DNA of 64,000 nt from positions 23,416-87,415 of the forward strand of contig DAORJK010000013.1 of the NCBI GenBank assembly GCA_035438985.1, in the 5' to 3' direction. The position numbers and the translations under genes were made by a program. This DNA comes from Bacteroidia bacterium. Its GTDB lineage: Bacteria; Bacteroidota; Bacteroidia; UBA4408. The notes under the pieces were generated by a model, which was given only the letters and a program-made list of their open reading frames with translations, had not been told where the DNA came from and searched no databases. Position 1 is the first letter of the stretch. Each line of letters begins with the position of its first letter. Positions 26,321-35,815 of this stretch are shown in pieces.

Positions 26321-26391
26321 CCAGCGGTGTAGTAAGGACTTAAAATCCTGTGGCCATTGCGGCCGTATCGGTTCGATTCCGATCCCGGGTA
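26321..26391 (+). pseudogene. Truncated tRNA-Leu(TAA): anticodon arm, long variable arm, T-arm and 3' acceptor present; 5' acceptor strand missing
   Basis: Anticodon stem AAGGA / loop CTTAAAA / stem TCCTG. Variable arm GGCC-ATTGC-GGCC. T-arm ATCGG-TTCGATT-CCGAT. The 3' acceptor is CCCGGGT plus A. No complementary 5' strand (needs RCCCGGG) exists upstream. Confidence 0.55.
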
Positions 26392-26395
26392 CAAA

Positions 26396-26441
26396 ATTCA
26401 GAGCGAAAATGAGAGCGAGAGCGAGCATTTTTGTTCTGAAT
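26396..26441 (+). other. Imperfect long hairpin with loop AATGAGAGCGAGAGC, followed by T-run (terminator-like)
   Basis: ATTCAGA (26396-26402) pairs with TCTGAAT (26435-26441), with inner AAAATG/CATTTT pairing. Followed by TTTTTCCTCATTCT. Confidence 0.45.
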
Positions 26442-26554
26442 TTTTCCTCATTCTCATTTTGTTTCTCACTCTTTTTTTTCAATTAATTCCTTGTACCCTC
26501 GAAGCTGCGCTTCGTTCGGAACTAATCAGAAAAGCTTTGCTTGGGTAACCCCAT

Positions 26555-26709
26555 ACTGGCGCGCGCTTGTAGCGCGTGACCAATGCACTTGCTATTAAAT
26601 ACACATATCTTAATTTTGTACGGATGTCAGAAAAATATAAGTTCAAGGGTCGGGTAAGCATAAATTTTGTAACACCGATAGAAGTCACGCGCTACAAGCG
26701 CGCGCCAGT
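26555..26709. repeat. Perfect 26-bp GC-rich inverted repeat separated by a 103-bp AT-rich spacer
   Basis: ACTGGCGCGCGCTTGTAGCGCGTGAC (26555-26580) is the exact reverse complement of 26684-26709. Imperfect pairing extends outward (TAACCCCAT / CTCAGGGGTA-like). Confidence 0.9.
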
Positions 26710-26757
26710 GAGGGGTAAAAATCTACAGAGGTAAAATCTGCCCGATTTCATGACTCA

Positions 26758-28596
26758 CTATTCGTCCTTCTCTTTCCCATACACATATTTACACATTTTT
26801 GTAGCGTGTGCTTTAAGTATATTTGCCATACCTTCATACTGTCCGAATAATCCCTTTTCCTCTTTAAAAATTACAGGAGAGCTATAATATGTTCGTGTAC
26901 CACAGTAAAATTGTCCTATGTTTTTTGCTTCTTTATCTGATTCCTCTGCTTTTCCGGGATTGGGCCCCATCATCGTCATTACCACAGCATTTACTCCATA
27001 ATCATCTTTTGTTGATTTAATTTTTCGTGTACAAATATATACTACTACCACAGCATCCACATCCAAGCCTTTAGCCAGATCATAACCCAAACTGGAAGTT
27101 AATTTTCGATTTGCCGAAAAAATTCCCTGGTCGAAATTGGAAAGGGTCGATTCATCTGCAGCTTCATTACAAACAAAGAAAGAGCGGTATCCTTTTCCGG
27201 CTGGCGAAATTTTTAATGTAGAAGCAGTGGCTACGGCAACATCCCAAACGTTGGAGCTTGCAGCCCCTCTTTTGGTAATTGTTGTTTTTTCCTTTTTCGC
27301 CGATTCCTGATTAAAGTTATAATAGAAGTCTGATTTTTCAGGTGTATCTAAAAACTCATCCGGAGTAAGTAAATCGACTCCGTTTTCTTTGAAGGATGCT
27401 TTCAGTGCGGCAATGCTTTCGCCATAAAAACCATTAATTTGTGTTTGTCCTATGATGTCGGAGGTTCGCCAAACAGAAGTTGTAACACTGCCTGTGTAAG
27501 TTCCACCCTGTACTTTTCCTTTACCGGGATCATACAGGTAATAGCTGATGAGCGCTACTTTTTTGGGTTTAGATTTTAGCAAATCCATATTTGCACTATA
27601 ACCGCCTCCATTGCTGTTTCTTCCTTCCCTTGGAAAATCATATTTTACCTTTATTTTATCGGGATTTTGAGTTTCTTCGGCAAAGGGAGTTACTTTATTA
27701 GTTAGACCGGTTTCCTTTAGATCGGCTCCATTTTTTATAAAAAGTCGAACAATTTCTTCATTACCAAACCCACCTGCAATGGCAAGTGTAAGTGGTGAAG
27801 AGGGTTTACCTCCTGCAAATCCTTTGTTTTTTTCGTTGATGTTTAGACCTTGACTTAAAAGCAGCGCCAACATTTCATCAGGAGTGCCCAATCTGTCCTC
27901 AGGCATATCTTCGGCATACCACTCCGGCATTTTTATGCCATATGATTCCATGCTTGTTTTGGCAGCAGCAAACACCTGTCTGCGTGCACCAATTGATTTG
28001 GCATAAAGAGCAAACGTATGCATCAAACCATTACCATCGTAAACGGCTAAATCGGCTTTAGCTCCCTTCTCAAAAAGCAACTTCGCACAGGGTACGCAAT
28101 TCGTATTCATTACCACACTGTGCAAAGGATATATTTCTGTTGGTTTTGCGGCTTTAAGTGCAGTTTCCCAAGCTTTAATTAGGTCTTTATTGCCATCTTT
28201 GCCCTTTGCCTTTTCCTTTTCTATTAATAATTTAAACGTTTCTCCCGGATTGGTTCTTCCCGGTTTGTTAGGGTTAGCACCGGCCGCAAGAAGTAATTTT
28301 ATAACATCCGTTGAATAAAACGTAGCTGCTTGAACCAGGGCCGGATATTCACCAAGATTAGGATCAGCTCCTTTATCCAGTAATAGTTTAGTGATGTCGG
28401 GCCATAAATAAGCCGAAGCAATTGGAGGATTCCCTGCTTCTAAAGCATTTACATCAGCACCGGCAGTAATTGCCGCCGTAGCTTTAGCAAAATCTCCACC
28501 TTTGCAGGCAGCAAAAAGATCTTCATTTGCACCTGCATAGCATTCCATACTTGCAAAGAACACAAGTAGTAGTAGTAAAGAGTATGTGTTTTTCAT
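26758..28596 (-). CDS. Secreted ankyrin-repeat protein
   Basis: Signal peptide present. Repeated ...AGADVNA / KGADPNL / AGANPNK / KGAKADL / NGADLKE ankyrin signatures. The C-terminal half has unknown function. Confidence 0.75.
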   Translation of the reverse strand: MKNTYSLLLLLVFFASMECYAGANEDLFAACKGGDFAKATAAITAGADVNALEAGNPPIASAYLWPDITKLLLDKGADPNLGEYPALVQAATFYSTDVIKLLLAAGANPNKPGRTNPGETFKLLIEKEKAKGKDGNKDLIKAWETALKAAKPTEIYPLHSVVMNTNCVPCAKLLFEKGAKADLAVYDGNGLMHTFALYAKSIGARRQVFAAAKTSMESYGIKMPEWYAEDMPEDRLGTPDEMLALLLSQGLNINEKNKGFAGGKPSSPLTLAIAGGFGNEEIVRLFIKNGADLKETGLTNKVTPFAEETQNPDKIKVKYDFPREGRNSNGGGYSANMDLLKSKPKKVALISYYLYDPGKGKVQGGTYTGSVTTSVWRTSDIIGQTQINGFYGESIAALKASFKENGVDLLTPDEFLDTPEKSDFYYNFNQESAKKEKTTITKRGAASSNVWDVAVATASTLKISPAGKGYRSFFVCNEAADESTLSNFDQGIFSANRKLTSSLGYDLAKGLDVDAVVVVYICTRKIKSTKDDYGVNAVVMTMMGPNPGKAEESDKEAKNIGQFYCGTRTYYSSPVIFKEEKGLFGQYEGMANILKAHATKMCKYVYGKEKDE

Positions 28597-28838
28597 TTTA
28601 AGAAATTTTTAGATTTAACACAATAGTATATAATTGTAGAATCAACAAGAACGAATTGAATGTCTGTTTTTTAAATATCTTACTCATGTTCTTTTTAATT
28701 CGCTAAATCCCTTATCTCAGGATGAGCTAAATCTTAAATTAAAGTTTATAACCATTGTTACCCCTTTTCGTAAATCTTTATAAGTATTAACGTTTTATTT
28801 TCTGCTTTACCGAAATTTAGCTACAATTGCTTAAATGT

Positions 28839-30002
28839 ATGAATACTATGGTTCAGCCCGGTTTTAATTCATGGACTTCAATTTTTTTGCTTGCTGCAGT
28901 GCAGGGTGTTTTTGTTTCGTTAGTATTGCTCATTGGGAAAAAGGAAAACCGATTTGCTAACAGTATGCTTGCACTATTAGTATTGTTATTCTCAATTACT
29001 CTTTTTGAATATGTTCTTTACTGGACAAATTATCTCACACATTTTCCACATTTTATGTCGTTAAGTGAGGGTTTTCCGTTTTTGTTTGGGGTTATTTTGT
29101 TTTTTTATTTTAGAACTGTTTTTGAAAAACGTAAAATCGAAAAACAAGATTTTATACATCTCCTACCCTTTCTATTGTTTCTCGTTTATATGTTGCCGCG
29201 CTATTTATCGTTTAGCGAGGTTAAGTTGCTCTGGATACAGGGTAAAAAGGCCTCCCCTTCCCTGTTCCATTATCCACGTTGGCTAGCCAATTTACCCGGT
29301 TTACACTGGGTAAAAACGTTTGCGATGTCGGGTTACTTACTTGTTACTTATTATCGTTATCGGGCATTCAGCAAATTGAATCCCGAAGTTCAAGTTTGGT
29401 TTAACTGGATAAGCGGGCTTTTCGCTGGTTTTATTTTGAGCTATGCCTCCTATTTTGTGTTGATTAATTTTTCGTTTTTTAATAGCGCATGGGATTACAT
29501 GATTTCGTTCAGCATGTTATTTATGATTTATTTTATTGCTTGGTTTGGGTATTTACAGCCCAAAGTTTTTCAAGGATTTTCGTTAAAGGAGGCCATTGTA
29601 GAACCTGAGAAATACAAAAACTCACCTCTTAACGACTCGTTGGGTAATGAATTATTGATGATTTTGGAAACCTCAATGAGCAGTAAAAAAATATTTCTTG
29701 ACCCTGAAATTCGGCTCGAAAAACTTGCCACCCTCTTGGGAATAAAAAAACATCTTTTATCTCAATTAATTAACGAGAAGAAAGGAATGAGTTTTTTCGA
29801 ATACATTAACAGTTTAAGGATTGAAGAAGCGAAGCTTTTGCTAAAACAAAAGAGTAAAAAAGAATTAACAGTTAGTGAGGTTGCTTATATGGTAGGTTTT
29901 AATAATAAGGTATCGTTTAATTCGACCTTTAAAAAAATAACCGGTAAAACGCCAACTGAATATCGAAACCAACTTGAAAATTCCAACGCAACAATCGCTT
30001 AA
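28839..30002 (+). CDS. Membrane-anchored AraC-family transcriptional regulator
   Basis: Multiple N-terminal TM segments. The C-terminal part is an AraC HTH (...LSQLINEKKGMSFFEYINSLRIEEAK...VSEVAYMVGFNNKVSFNSTFKKITGKTPTEYR). Confidence 0.8.
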   Translation: MNTMVQPGFNSWTSIFLLAAVQGVFVSLVLLIGKKENRFANSMLALLVLLFSITLFEYVLYWTNYLTHFPHFMSLSEGFPFLFGVILFFYFRTVFEKRKIEKQDFIHLLPFLLFLVYMLPRYLSFSEVKLLWIQGKKASPSLFHYPRWLANLPGLHWVKTFAMSGYLLVTYYRYRAFSKLNPEVQVWFNWISGLFAGFILSYASYFVLINFSFFNSAWDYMISFSMLFMIYFIAWFGYLQPKVFQGFSLKEAIVEPEKYKNSPLNDSLGNELLMILETSMSSKKIFLDPEIRLEKLATLLGIKKHLLSQLINEKKGMSFFEYINSLRIEEAKLLLKQKSKKELTVSEVAYMVGFNNKVSFNSTFKKITGKTPTEYRNQLENSNATIA

Positions 30003-30123
30003 TTGGATGAATCTGATGAATGAGCGGTGGTGCTTTTAAGCGTATTTGGTAAATCTTTATAGCGATTTACCTTTATTGGAGCAGGTGTAGTTTAATTTGG
30101 TTAAAATTTAGAACCAAAAAACT

Positions 30124-31896
30124 ATGAAAAAATCAATTTTACTTTTTTCTATTCTGTGCGGTGTTGCTATTAATTTACCTGCACAAATTTTTACACGTGT
30201 GACAACCAGCACCAACCCTATTGTTAGTGATCCGGTTCAAACTTTCTACAATGGTGCCAGCTGGATTGATTATGATAATGATGGTTTGCTTGATTTGTTT
30301 GTGAGTCGCGCTGCGTTGTACCGCAATACCGGTAATGGCACTTTTGTAAAAGTAACAACCAGTGGAATAGGCTTAACTACAGGAATTGGAAATACCTGGT
30401 CGGATATAGATAATGATGGGGATATTGATTGCTTACAATCGGGTGGGAATGCCGGTGGTACAAAGTTGTACGTAAATAACGGCAATTCAACGTTTTTTCA
30501 AAACACCCAAGGTCCATTTGCCAATGCCACTAGTTTGAGGGGTTGGGGATCGGCTTTTGGAGATTTTAACAACGATGGTTTGGTAGATTTGTTTATCGCT
30601 TCTCCCTTTGGTTTTGCGGGAATAACTGATTCGTGTAAGTTTTTGGTTAATACAGGAAACGGTACTTTTTTACGACTCGACACTACGGCCATTACCGATA
30701 CCGTTGATGCATTTACCGTTCCCAGTTGGAGCGATTTTGACAACGATGGAGACCTTGATTTATTTGTTGGTGCGGGAAGAGTAAATGGTTCGCTTTCAAA
30801 AGACTATTTATTTACCAATACACAAAGTTCAGGAGGAGGAGCACCCTTGTTTTACAGAAATACTACAAGTCCATTGGGAACCGATTTACACGACGGGCAA
30901 ATTTGGAACTGGATTGATTTTGATAACGATGGAGATTTGGATGCTTACCTCACCAACTATAAAGGCACATCGGCAACCGGATATCCTAACGAAATGTATA
31001 GAAATGATGGGGCAAGCTTTGTAAAATTAACTGCCACTGATGTGGGTGCTATAGTTACTGATGCAGGAATGTCGCTATCGAGTAATTGGGGTGATTTTGA
31101 CAATGATGGTGATTTAGATTGCATCGTAACAAATGAAGGACAACAAAAAAACTGTTATTATCAGAACAATATTCGTCAAGGCAGTAGCGTGTTTACCAAG
31201 ATTTTAACTGAGCCTTTTACTTTGAGCAATGGGGATCATTGGTCGGCTTGTAATGGCGATTATGACAACGATGGTGATTTAGATGTGTTTATTTCAGCAA
31301 GTAGCGACAAGGGTTTGTTTTTAAACACTACCACTCAGCATGATTTTATAAACATTAAACTAGTCGGTGGCGCTTCTAACAAATCGGCTATAGGTGCCAA
31401 GGTGCGAATTAAAGCAAATGGTTTTTGGCAAATGCGAGAAATTTCGTCTCAAAATACGTTTAATGGAATGAATATGCTGAATGCACATTTTGGTTTTGGT
31501 CCTACAGGAATTGTTGCATTAACCTGCGATTCTGTAGTTATAACTTGGCCCTCGGGAGCTATTGATATCTGCACTAATATTGCTGCCAATGCTTTTTATG
31601 TTGCCACCGAAGGACTTTGTTTATCAACTAACAGTGTTATGAAAAATGATGAACTATATTCGGTTAAAATTTATCCCAATCCTGCAGGAAATCGTTTAAC
31701 GATTCAACCATTAGTACAAACTCAAAAAATTTCAGGTTGGAAAATTGTGGATAAATCCGGAATTATACTTCAAAGCAAAAACCAAGTATTGCAAGGAGAG
31801 TTTACCATTGATGTATCGAAGCTTTCAGCAGGCAGTTATTTTATTCAATTGTATGCTGGGGAAAAAGATACAGTCGTTCCATTTATCAAACAGTAA
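30124..31896 (+). CDS. FG-GAP/VCBS repeat protein with ASPIC/UnbV domain (CRTAC1-like) and T9SS CTD
   Basis: Repeated D.DNDGDLD motifs. The segment IKLVGGASNKSAIGAKVRI...SQNTFNGMN...HFGFG looks like UnbV_ASPIC. The C-terminal VKIYPNPAGNRLTIQ... is a T9SS CTD. Confidence 0.8.
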   Translation: MKKSILLFSILCGVAINLPAQIFTRVTTSTNPIVSDPVQTFYNGASWIDYDNDGLLDLFVSRAALYRNTGNGTFVKVTTSGIGLTTGIGNTWSDIDNDGDIDCLQSGGNAGGTKLYVNNGNSTFFQNTQGPFANATSLRGWGSAFGDFNNDGLVDLFIASPFGFAGITDSCKFLVNTGNGTFLRLDTTAITDTVDAFTVPSWSDFDNDGDLDLFVGAGRVNGSLSKDYLFTNTQSSGGGAPLFYRNTTSPLGTDLHDGQIWNWIDFDNDGDLDAYLTNYKGTSATGYPNEMYRNDGASFVKLTATDVGAIVTDAGMSLSSNWGDFDNDGDLDCIVTNEGQQKNCYYQNNIRQGSSVFTKILTEPFTLSNGDHWSACNGDYDNDGDLDVFISASSDKGLFLNTTTQHDFINIKLVGGASNKSAIGAKVRIKANGFWQMREISSQNTFNGMNMLNAHFGFGPTGIVALTCDSVVITWPSGAIDICTNIAANAFYVATEGLCLSTNSVMKNDELYSVKIYPNPAGNRLTIQPLVQTQKISGWKIVDKSGIILQSKNQVLQGEFTIDVSKLSAGSYFIQLYAGEKDTVVPFIKQ

Positions 31897-31968
31897 CTTA
31901 AATTATTTTATTTACTCAAGTACTAATGGGGAGGATCGATGTTTTGTTTTGAAAATTATAAAAGACAA

Positions 31969-32730
31969 TTAGCCTTTGATTTCTCTTAATCGTTCTAATA
32001 CCTCTATTCTTTTTCGTCTCGAAATTTCGAATTCTTTGTTGCTTGAAATACTTAACAAGTAGGGTTCTGTTTTGCTATAGGAAACTATACGTGCACTATT
32101 AACAATGGCGCTTTTGTTGACACGAATAAACTGTTTAATTCCTTCCAACATGGATTCAAATTCTTTTAAGTTTTTGGACGAGATGAATTTTTCGCCTCCT
32201 TGTGTTTCGATGTGTGTATAGTTTCCGTCTGCTTCAAAAAAAAGTATTTCATTCAGTTTTACAAACCTTACAGAGTTTGCGGTGTGTAAGGGAATTTTTT
32301 TCTCTTTGTTTTCGTCCGTTAAATTGGCCAAGAGATTCACTATAAGTGGGGCCGATGAGTGTTTTTCTCGAATTCGCTGTTCTGCTTTGGAAACCGCTGC
32401 TTTTAAGTCGGTAACCTCCACCGGTTTCAATAAGTAATCCAAAGCATTGAATTTAATAGCCTCAATGGCAAAATGGTCGAAGCTGGTAACGAATACAACC
32501 TCAAACTCAATTTTATCAAACTTGCGAAGTAAGGTAAATCCATTTCCTGAAGGCATGTGTATATCCAGAAAAACAAGTTGTGGTTTTTTTTCTTGAATTA
32601 ACAAGAATGCTTTATCGGCATCGTCAGATTCTCCACAGATGGTAATCTCTGGGCAAAATTTAAGCAACAATTGCTTCAATACATTTCTGCTCGATACTTC
32701 GTCGTCTATAATAAGTGCATTAATAGTCAT
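31969..32730 (-). CDS. LytTR-family response regulator
   Basis: Receiver domain (IIDDE..., LVFLDIHMP) plus a C-terminal LytTR domain (...ILFFEADGNYTHI...). Confidence 0.85.
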   Translation of the reverse strand: MTINALIIDDEVSSRNVLKQLLLKFCPEITICGESDDADKAFLLIQEKKPQLVFLDIHMPSGNGFTLLRKFDKIEFEVVFVTSFDHFAIEAIKFNALDYLLKPVEVTDLKAAVSKAEQRIREKHSSAPLIVNLLANLTDENKEKKIPLHTANSVRFVKLNEILFFEADGNYTHIETQGGEKFISSKNLKEFESMLEGIKQFIRVNKSAIVNSARIVSYSKTEPYLLSISSNKEFEISRRKRIEVLERLREIKG

Positions 32731-32731
32731 G

Positions 32732-35683
32732 TTAAGTTACAAGTGGGATAGTAATTTTTACAAGAGTTCCTGTTTTGTTTTTGGAAGTTTCTTTTAAATC
32801 AATGATTTGAAATCTTGCTTTGTTTTTTTGTTTGGAGTCGAGTAAGGCAAGCCTTTCTTGTACCAATTGAATTCCAAGAGATTTATGGTTTTTATCTGTA
32901 CGCAATGCTTGGGCCTGGTTATAACCAATACCATTGTCTTCTATTTCGACTTCAAGCGATGTTTCGTGCAAAAAAAATCGAAGTTCAATTTTTCCATTCA
33001 CCTTGTCTTTAATCGGCATGATTCCGTGCCAAATAGAATTTTCAATAAATGGTTGGATCAACATTACCGGTATCTCAACTTCGGAATAATCTTCTTCCGC
33101 GTCTTTAAATTTCACTTCAAAATTGAAACTGTTTTTGAACCTGATTTTTTCCATTTCAACATATAGTTCCAGGGTTTCAATTTCAGTTTTCAACAACAGT
33201 AAACTTTGTTTAGAATTGCTCAGTACCAAGCGCACCAACTTTGCAAATTTTGCCAGATAATCGTAGGCCAATTGTGTTTCATTATTCAATATGAAACTTT
33301 GAATTGAATTAATTGCATTAAAAATAAAATGAGGATTCATTTGTGCTTGCAATGCTGCCATTCTCGATTCAATTAACATTGCGTTTAATTCTGATTTTAA
33401 TTCTTCTTGTCTTCTAATTCTAGAAATTCGCCAGATAATAAATAAATAAACAATAGCTGCCATTAGGGCAATCATCAGCACAATAAACCACACACTCGTC
33501 CAAAAAGGTCGCTTAATTTTAAACTTAAAGTAGGCTGCGCTTTTTGAGTATACCTCATTGTTGTTGATCCCTCTTACTTCAAGTGTATAATCACCCGGTT
33601 CTAAATTTTGAAAATCAAGTATTTCATTTTCTGAATAATAAACACTGTCGGAAAAGCCTTTTAAGGTATACCTATAACGGGGCGAAAATTGTTTTTTATA
33701 ACTAGGACATTCAACAAAAAAGCGCAAGGTGTTTTGTTTGTACTCTAAAATGGAATTGTTTTCAATTGGTCTATTTTTAGTATTCTCAATCACTTTACTG
33801 ATATATATTTCAGGAGGTATTGTGTTAAAATATTTTTTATTCAAGTCAATAATGCAAAGCCCTTCCCGCGTGGCTACAAAAAGTTGATTTTCATTTCTAG
33901 CCAGGGAGGAGATTTCGTTGGTTGGCAAACCATTGCTGATGTTAAGTGTTTTAATTACAGATGGATGCTTGCTATTAAAAAAAGAAATCCCCTTATTGGT
34001 AGCAACCCAAATGGTATCGTGTGTGTCGATCAGCGCATAGTTGCAGATATCGGATGCAAGTCCATTTGTTTTGTTTAACATGGTCCAGTTTCCTTGTTCT
34101 GCTATAAAAATGCCTTTGTTTTTTGTGCACACAAATAAATGCTTGTTATCTCCTGTTATATGGTTTATTCGTTCTTTGGCAAGCACCGAATTTTTTACTA
34201 GTTCAAACTTGTTTCCATTTCTTACAAAAAGGCCATTAAGTGTACCAACGTATTGCTGAGAATCGGCAGCAAGGAATAAAGTGGTGGCCCGCTCCGCTAA
34301 AGGGATTTTGAAAATCGTTTTTTCGTTTTCAATTTCATAAAACATCCCTTGTGCGACAAAGGCTATACGACCTTTACTTCCTTGACCTACTGCTCCTGCA
34401 AAATAGAATTGATTTTGTCCCCCTTTTAAATACGTGAATTTTTGAGTGATGGTATCAAAAGATGCCAGCAATGAGCCACTTACCATTAATTGTCCTTTCA
34501 CTGGGAAAAAATTCATTTTGGTTTGCAGGTTGGCTTCTTTAAAAAAGGGTAATTCTTTAATTTGAGAAGCTTTGTCAATTGAGAAAATAAAATTACTCGA
34601 TGTTGCAACGTATATTTTTTTTCCAAAAGCGGTTATGCCGGCAATGCTTGAAGAAAGTTCGGCTTGATTAGGAAAAATAAAATAATTCAGAAAAGGGCAA
34701 TAAAAAATTCCTTTCTCAAAAGTACTGGCCCATATTCCGTTTTCGTTATCAAATAGCAGATGGCTAATTGAAAAGTCCTTTAAAAAAACTTGTGGTTTAC
34801 GAGCTAAAATTCCATTCTCAAAAAAATAAACACCGCCTCTTGCCAGTCCTACCCATATGTTACCCTCGTGGTCTTCCTGAATGGAGATAATGGTTTTAGG
34901 AAAACTATGTTCCAAAATTGAACCCTCTGTATATTCAAACAACTTGCTTTTGTAGGAGAATAGCAAACGGTTATCTTTTGTACGGAGTGAAAAAAATTTA
35001 GGATTATAGGGGGTTGGTACTGAAACAAAATTGTGAATAGCCGGACGATTGTAAGGCTTTATTTGAAAATAAAACCGCTTATCCTGTTCAAGATTTTTTA
35101 GTTTTTGAGGGCTAAAAAAATTAATGGATTCAATTGTTTTACCATTGTTTAACTCATAAATAATTGCGTTGGCAGAATCATTCTGTGAGCTTACATTACT
35201 TAGTGAGGCGTAATTATCGTTTTTTTTTAAAACACATGGAAAATTAGAAGTGCCAATCCACAAGGTTTGCTCCTTGTCAAACTGAATCGACGTTACAATG
35301 GTGCTTCTTTTTTTTAATCTATCGCGCAAAAGCAATGCGCCTTTCGGTATAATAAACTTTCCCTTTTCGAAATAGCAAATTGTTCCATTGAAGCAATTCA
35401 TCCAAATTCTTCCTTGGCTGTCTTCAAGCAGGTCAAAAACAGTATTATCGGGAAGGCCGTCGGATGTGGTATAGCACTTAAACGAGCGACCATTAAATCT
35501 ACACACTCCTGCATCCGTACTAAACCAAATAAACCCTTGCTTATCTTGTATAATTCGGTAAACTTCACTACTGGGCAGGCCTTCATTAATTCCTAAATTA
35601 CGAAAATTAGGTTCGCCTAGTTGTGAAGCAAACGCAACTACTAACTGAAAAAAAATACCGACTAGTGCAAATGCCTTTTTCAT
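32732..35683 (-). CDS. Sensor histidine kinase with periplasmic two-component-regulator propeller/Y_Y_Y domains (LytS-type kinase core)
   Basis: Signal peptide and propeller-like repeats (...GLPSSEVYRIIQDKQGFIWFST...) are followed by a TM segment (WFIVLMIALMAAIVYLFII). The core has QMNPHFIFNAINSI (His_kinase PF06580-type) and an HATPase C-terminus. Confidence 0.85.
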   Translation of the reverse strand: MKKAFALVGIFFQLVVAFASQLGEPNFRNLGINEGLPSSEVYRIIQDKQGFIWFSTDAGVCRFNGRSFKCYTTSDGLPDNTVFDLLEDSQGRIWMNCFNGTICYFEKGKFIIPKGALLLRDRLKKRSTIVTSIQFDKEQTLWIGTSNFPCVLKKNDNYASLSNVSSQNDSANAIIYELNNGKTIESINFFSPQKLKNLEQDKRFYFQIKPYNRPAIHNFVSVPTPYNPKFFSLRTKDNRLLFSYKSKLFEYTEGSILEHSFPKTIISIQEDHEGNIWVGLARGGVYFFENGILARKPQVFLKDFSISHLLFDNENGIWASTFEKGIFYCPFLNYFIFPNQAELSSSIAGITAFGKKIYVATSSNFIFSIDKASQIKELPFFKEANLQTKMNFFPVKGQLMVSGSLLASFDTITQKFTYLKGGQNQFYFAGAVGQGSKGRIAFVAQGMFYEIENEKTIFKIPLAERATTLFLAADSQQYVGTLNGLFVRNGNKFELVKNSVLAKERINHITGDNKHLFVCTKNKGIFIAEQGNWTMLNKTNGLASDICNYALIDTHDTIWVATNKGISFFNSKHPSVIKTLNISNGLPTNEISSLARNENQLFVATREGLCIIDLNKKYFNTIPPEIYISKVIENTKNRPIENNSILEYKQNTLRFFVECPSYKKQFSPRYRYTLKGFSDSVYYSENEILDFQNLEPGDYTLEVRGINNNEVYSKSAAYFKFKIKRPFWTSVWFIVLMIALMAAIVYLFIIWRISRIRRQEELKSELNAMLIESRMAALQAQMNPHFIFNAINSIQSFILNNETQLAYDYLAKFAKLVRLVLSNSKQSLLLLKTEIETLELYVEMEKIRFKNSFNFEVKFKDAEEDYSEVEIPVMLIQPFIENSIWHGIMPIKDKVNGKIELRFFLHETSLEVEIEDNGIGYNQAQALRTDKNHKSLGIQLVQERLALLDSKQKNKARFQIIDLKETSKNKTGTLVKITIPLVT

Positions 35684-35815
35684 TCCTCAACAAAATTACT
35701 TTTTCAATTGAATGAAAAGCGGAATTATATCAATTGTACTAAAAACCTATTGAACGGTAAATTACTTAGCGGAGTTGAAACTAATTTTGTAACCAATTTA
35801 TTAAAACATGGTACG

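Noticed and set aside
26290-26391. A complete, functional tRNA-Leu gene.
   Set aside because: The anticodon arm, variable arm, T-arm and 3' acceptor are good. No 5' strand complementary to CCCGGGT exists at the required distance (upstream reads ...ACCTTGACTTTATTGGTATT...). It is therefore called a truncated copy or att remnant.
26201-26688. ORFs 26201..26482(-), 26304..26486(+), 26357..26548(+) and 26479..26688(-).
   Set aside because: They run through the tRNA fragment, the hairpin module and the GC-rich inverted repeat, and they have odd composition. They are best explained as non-coding sequence.
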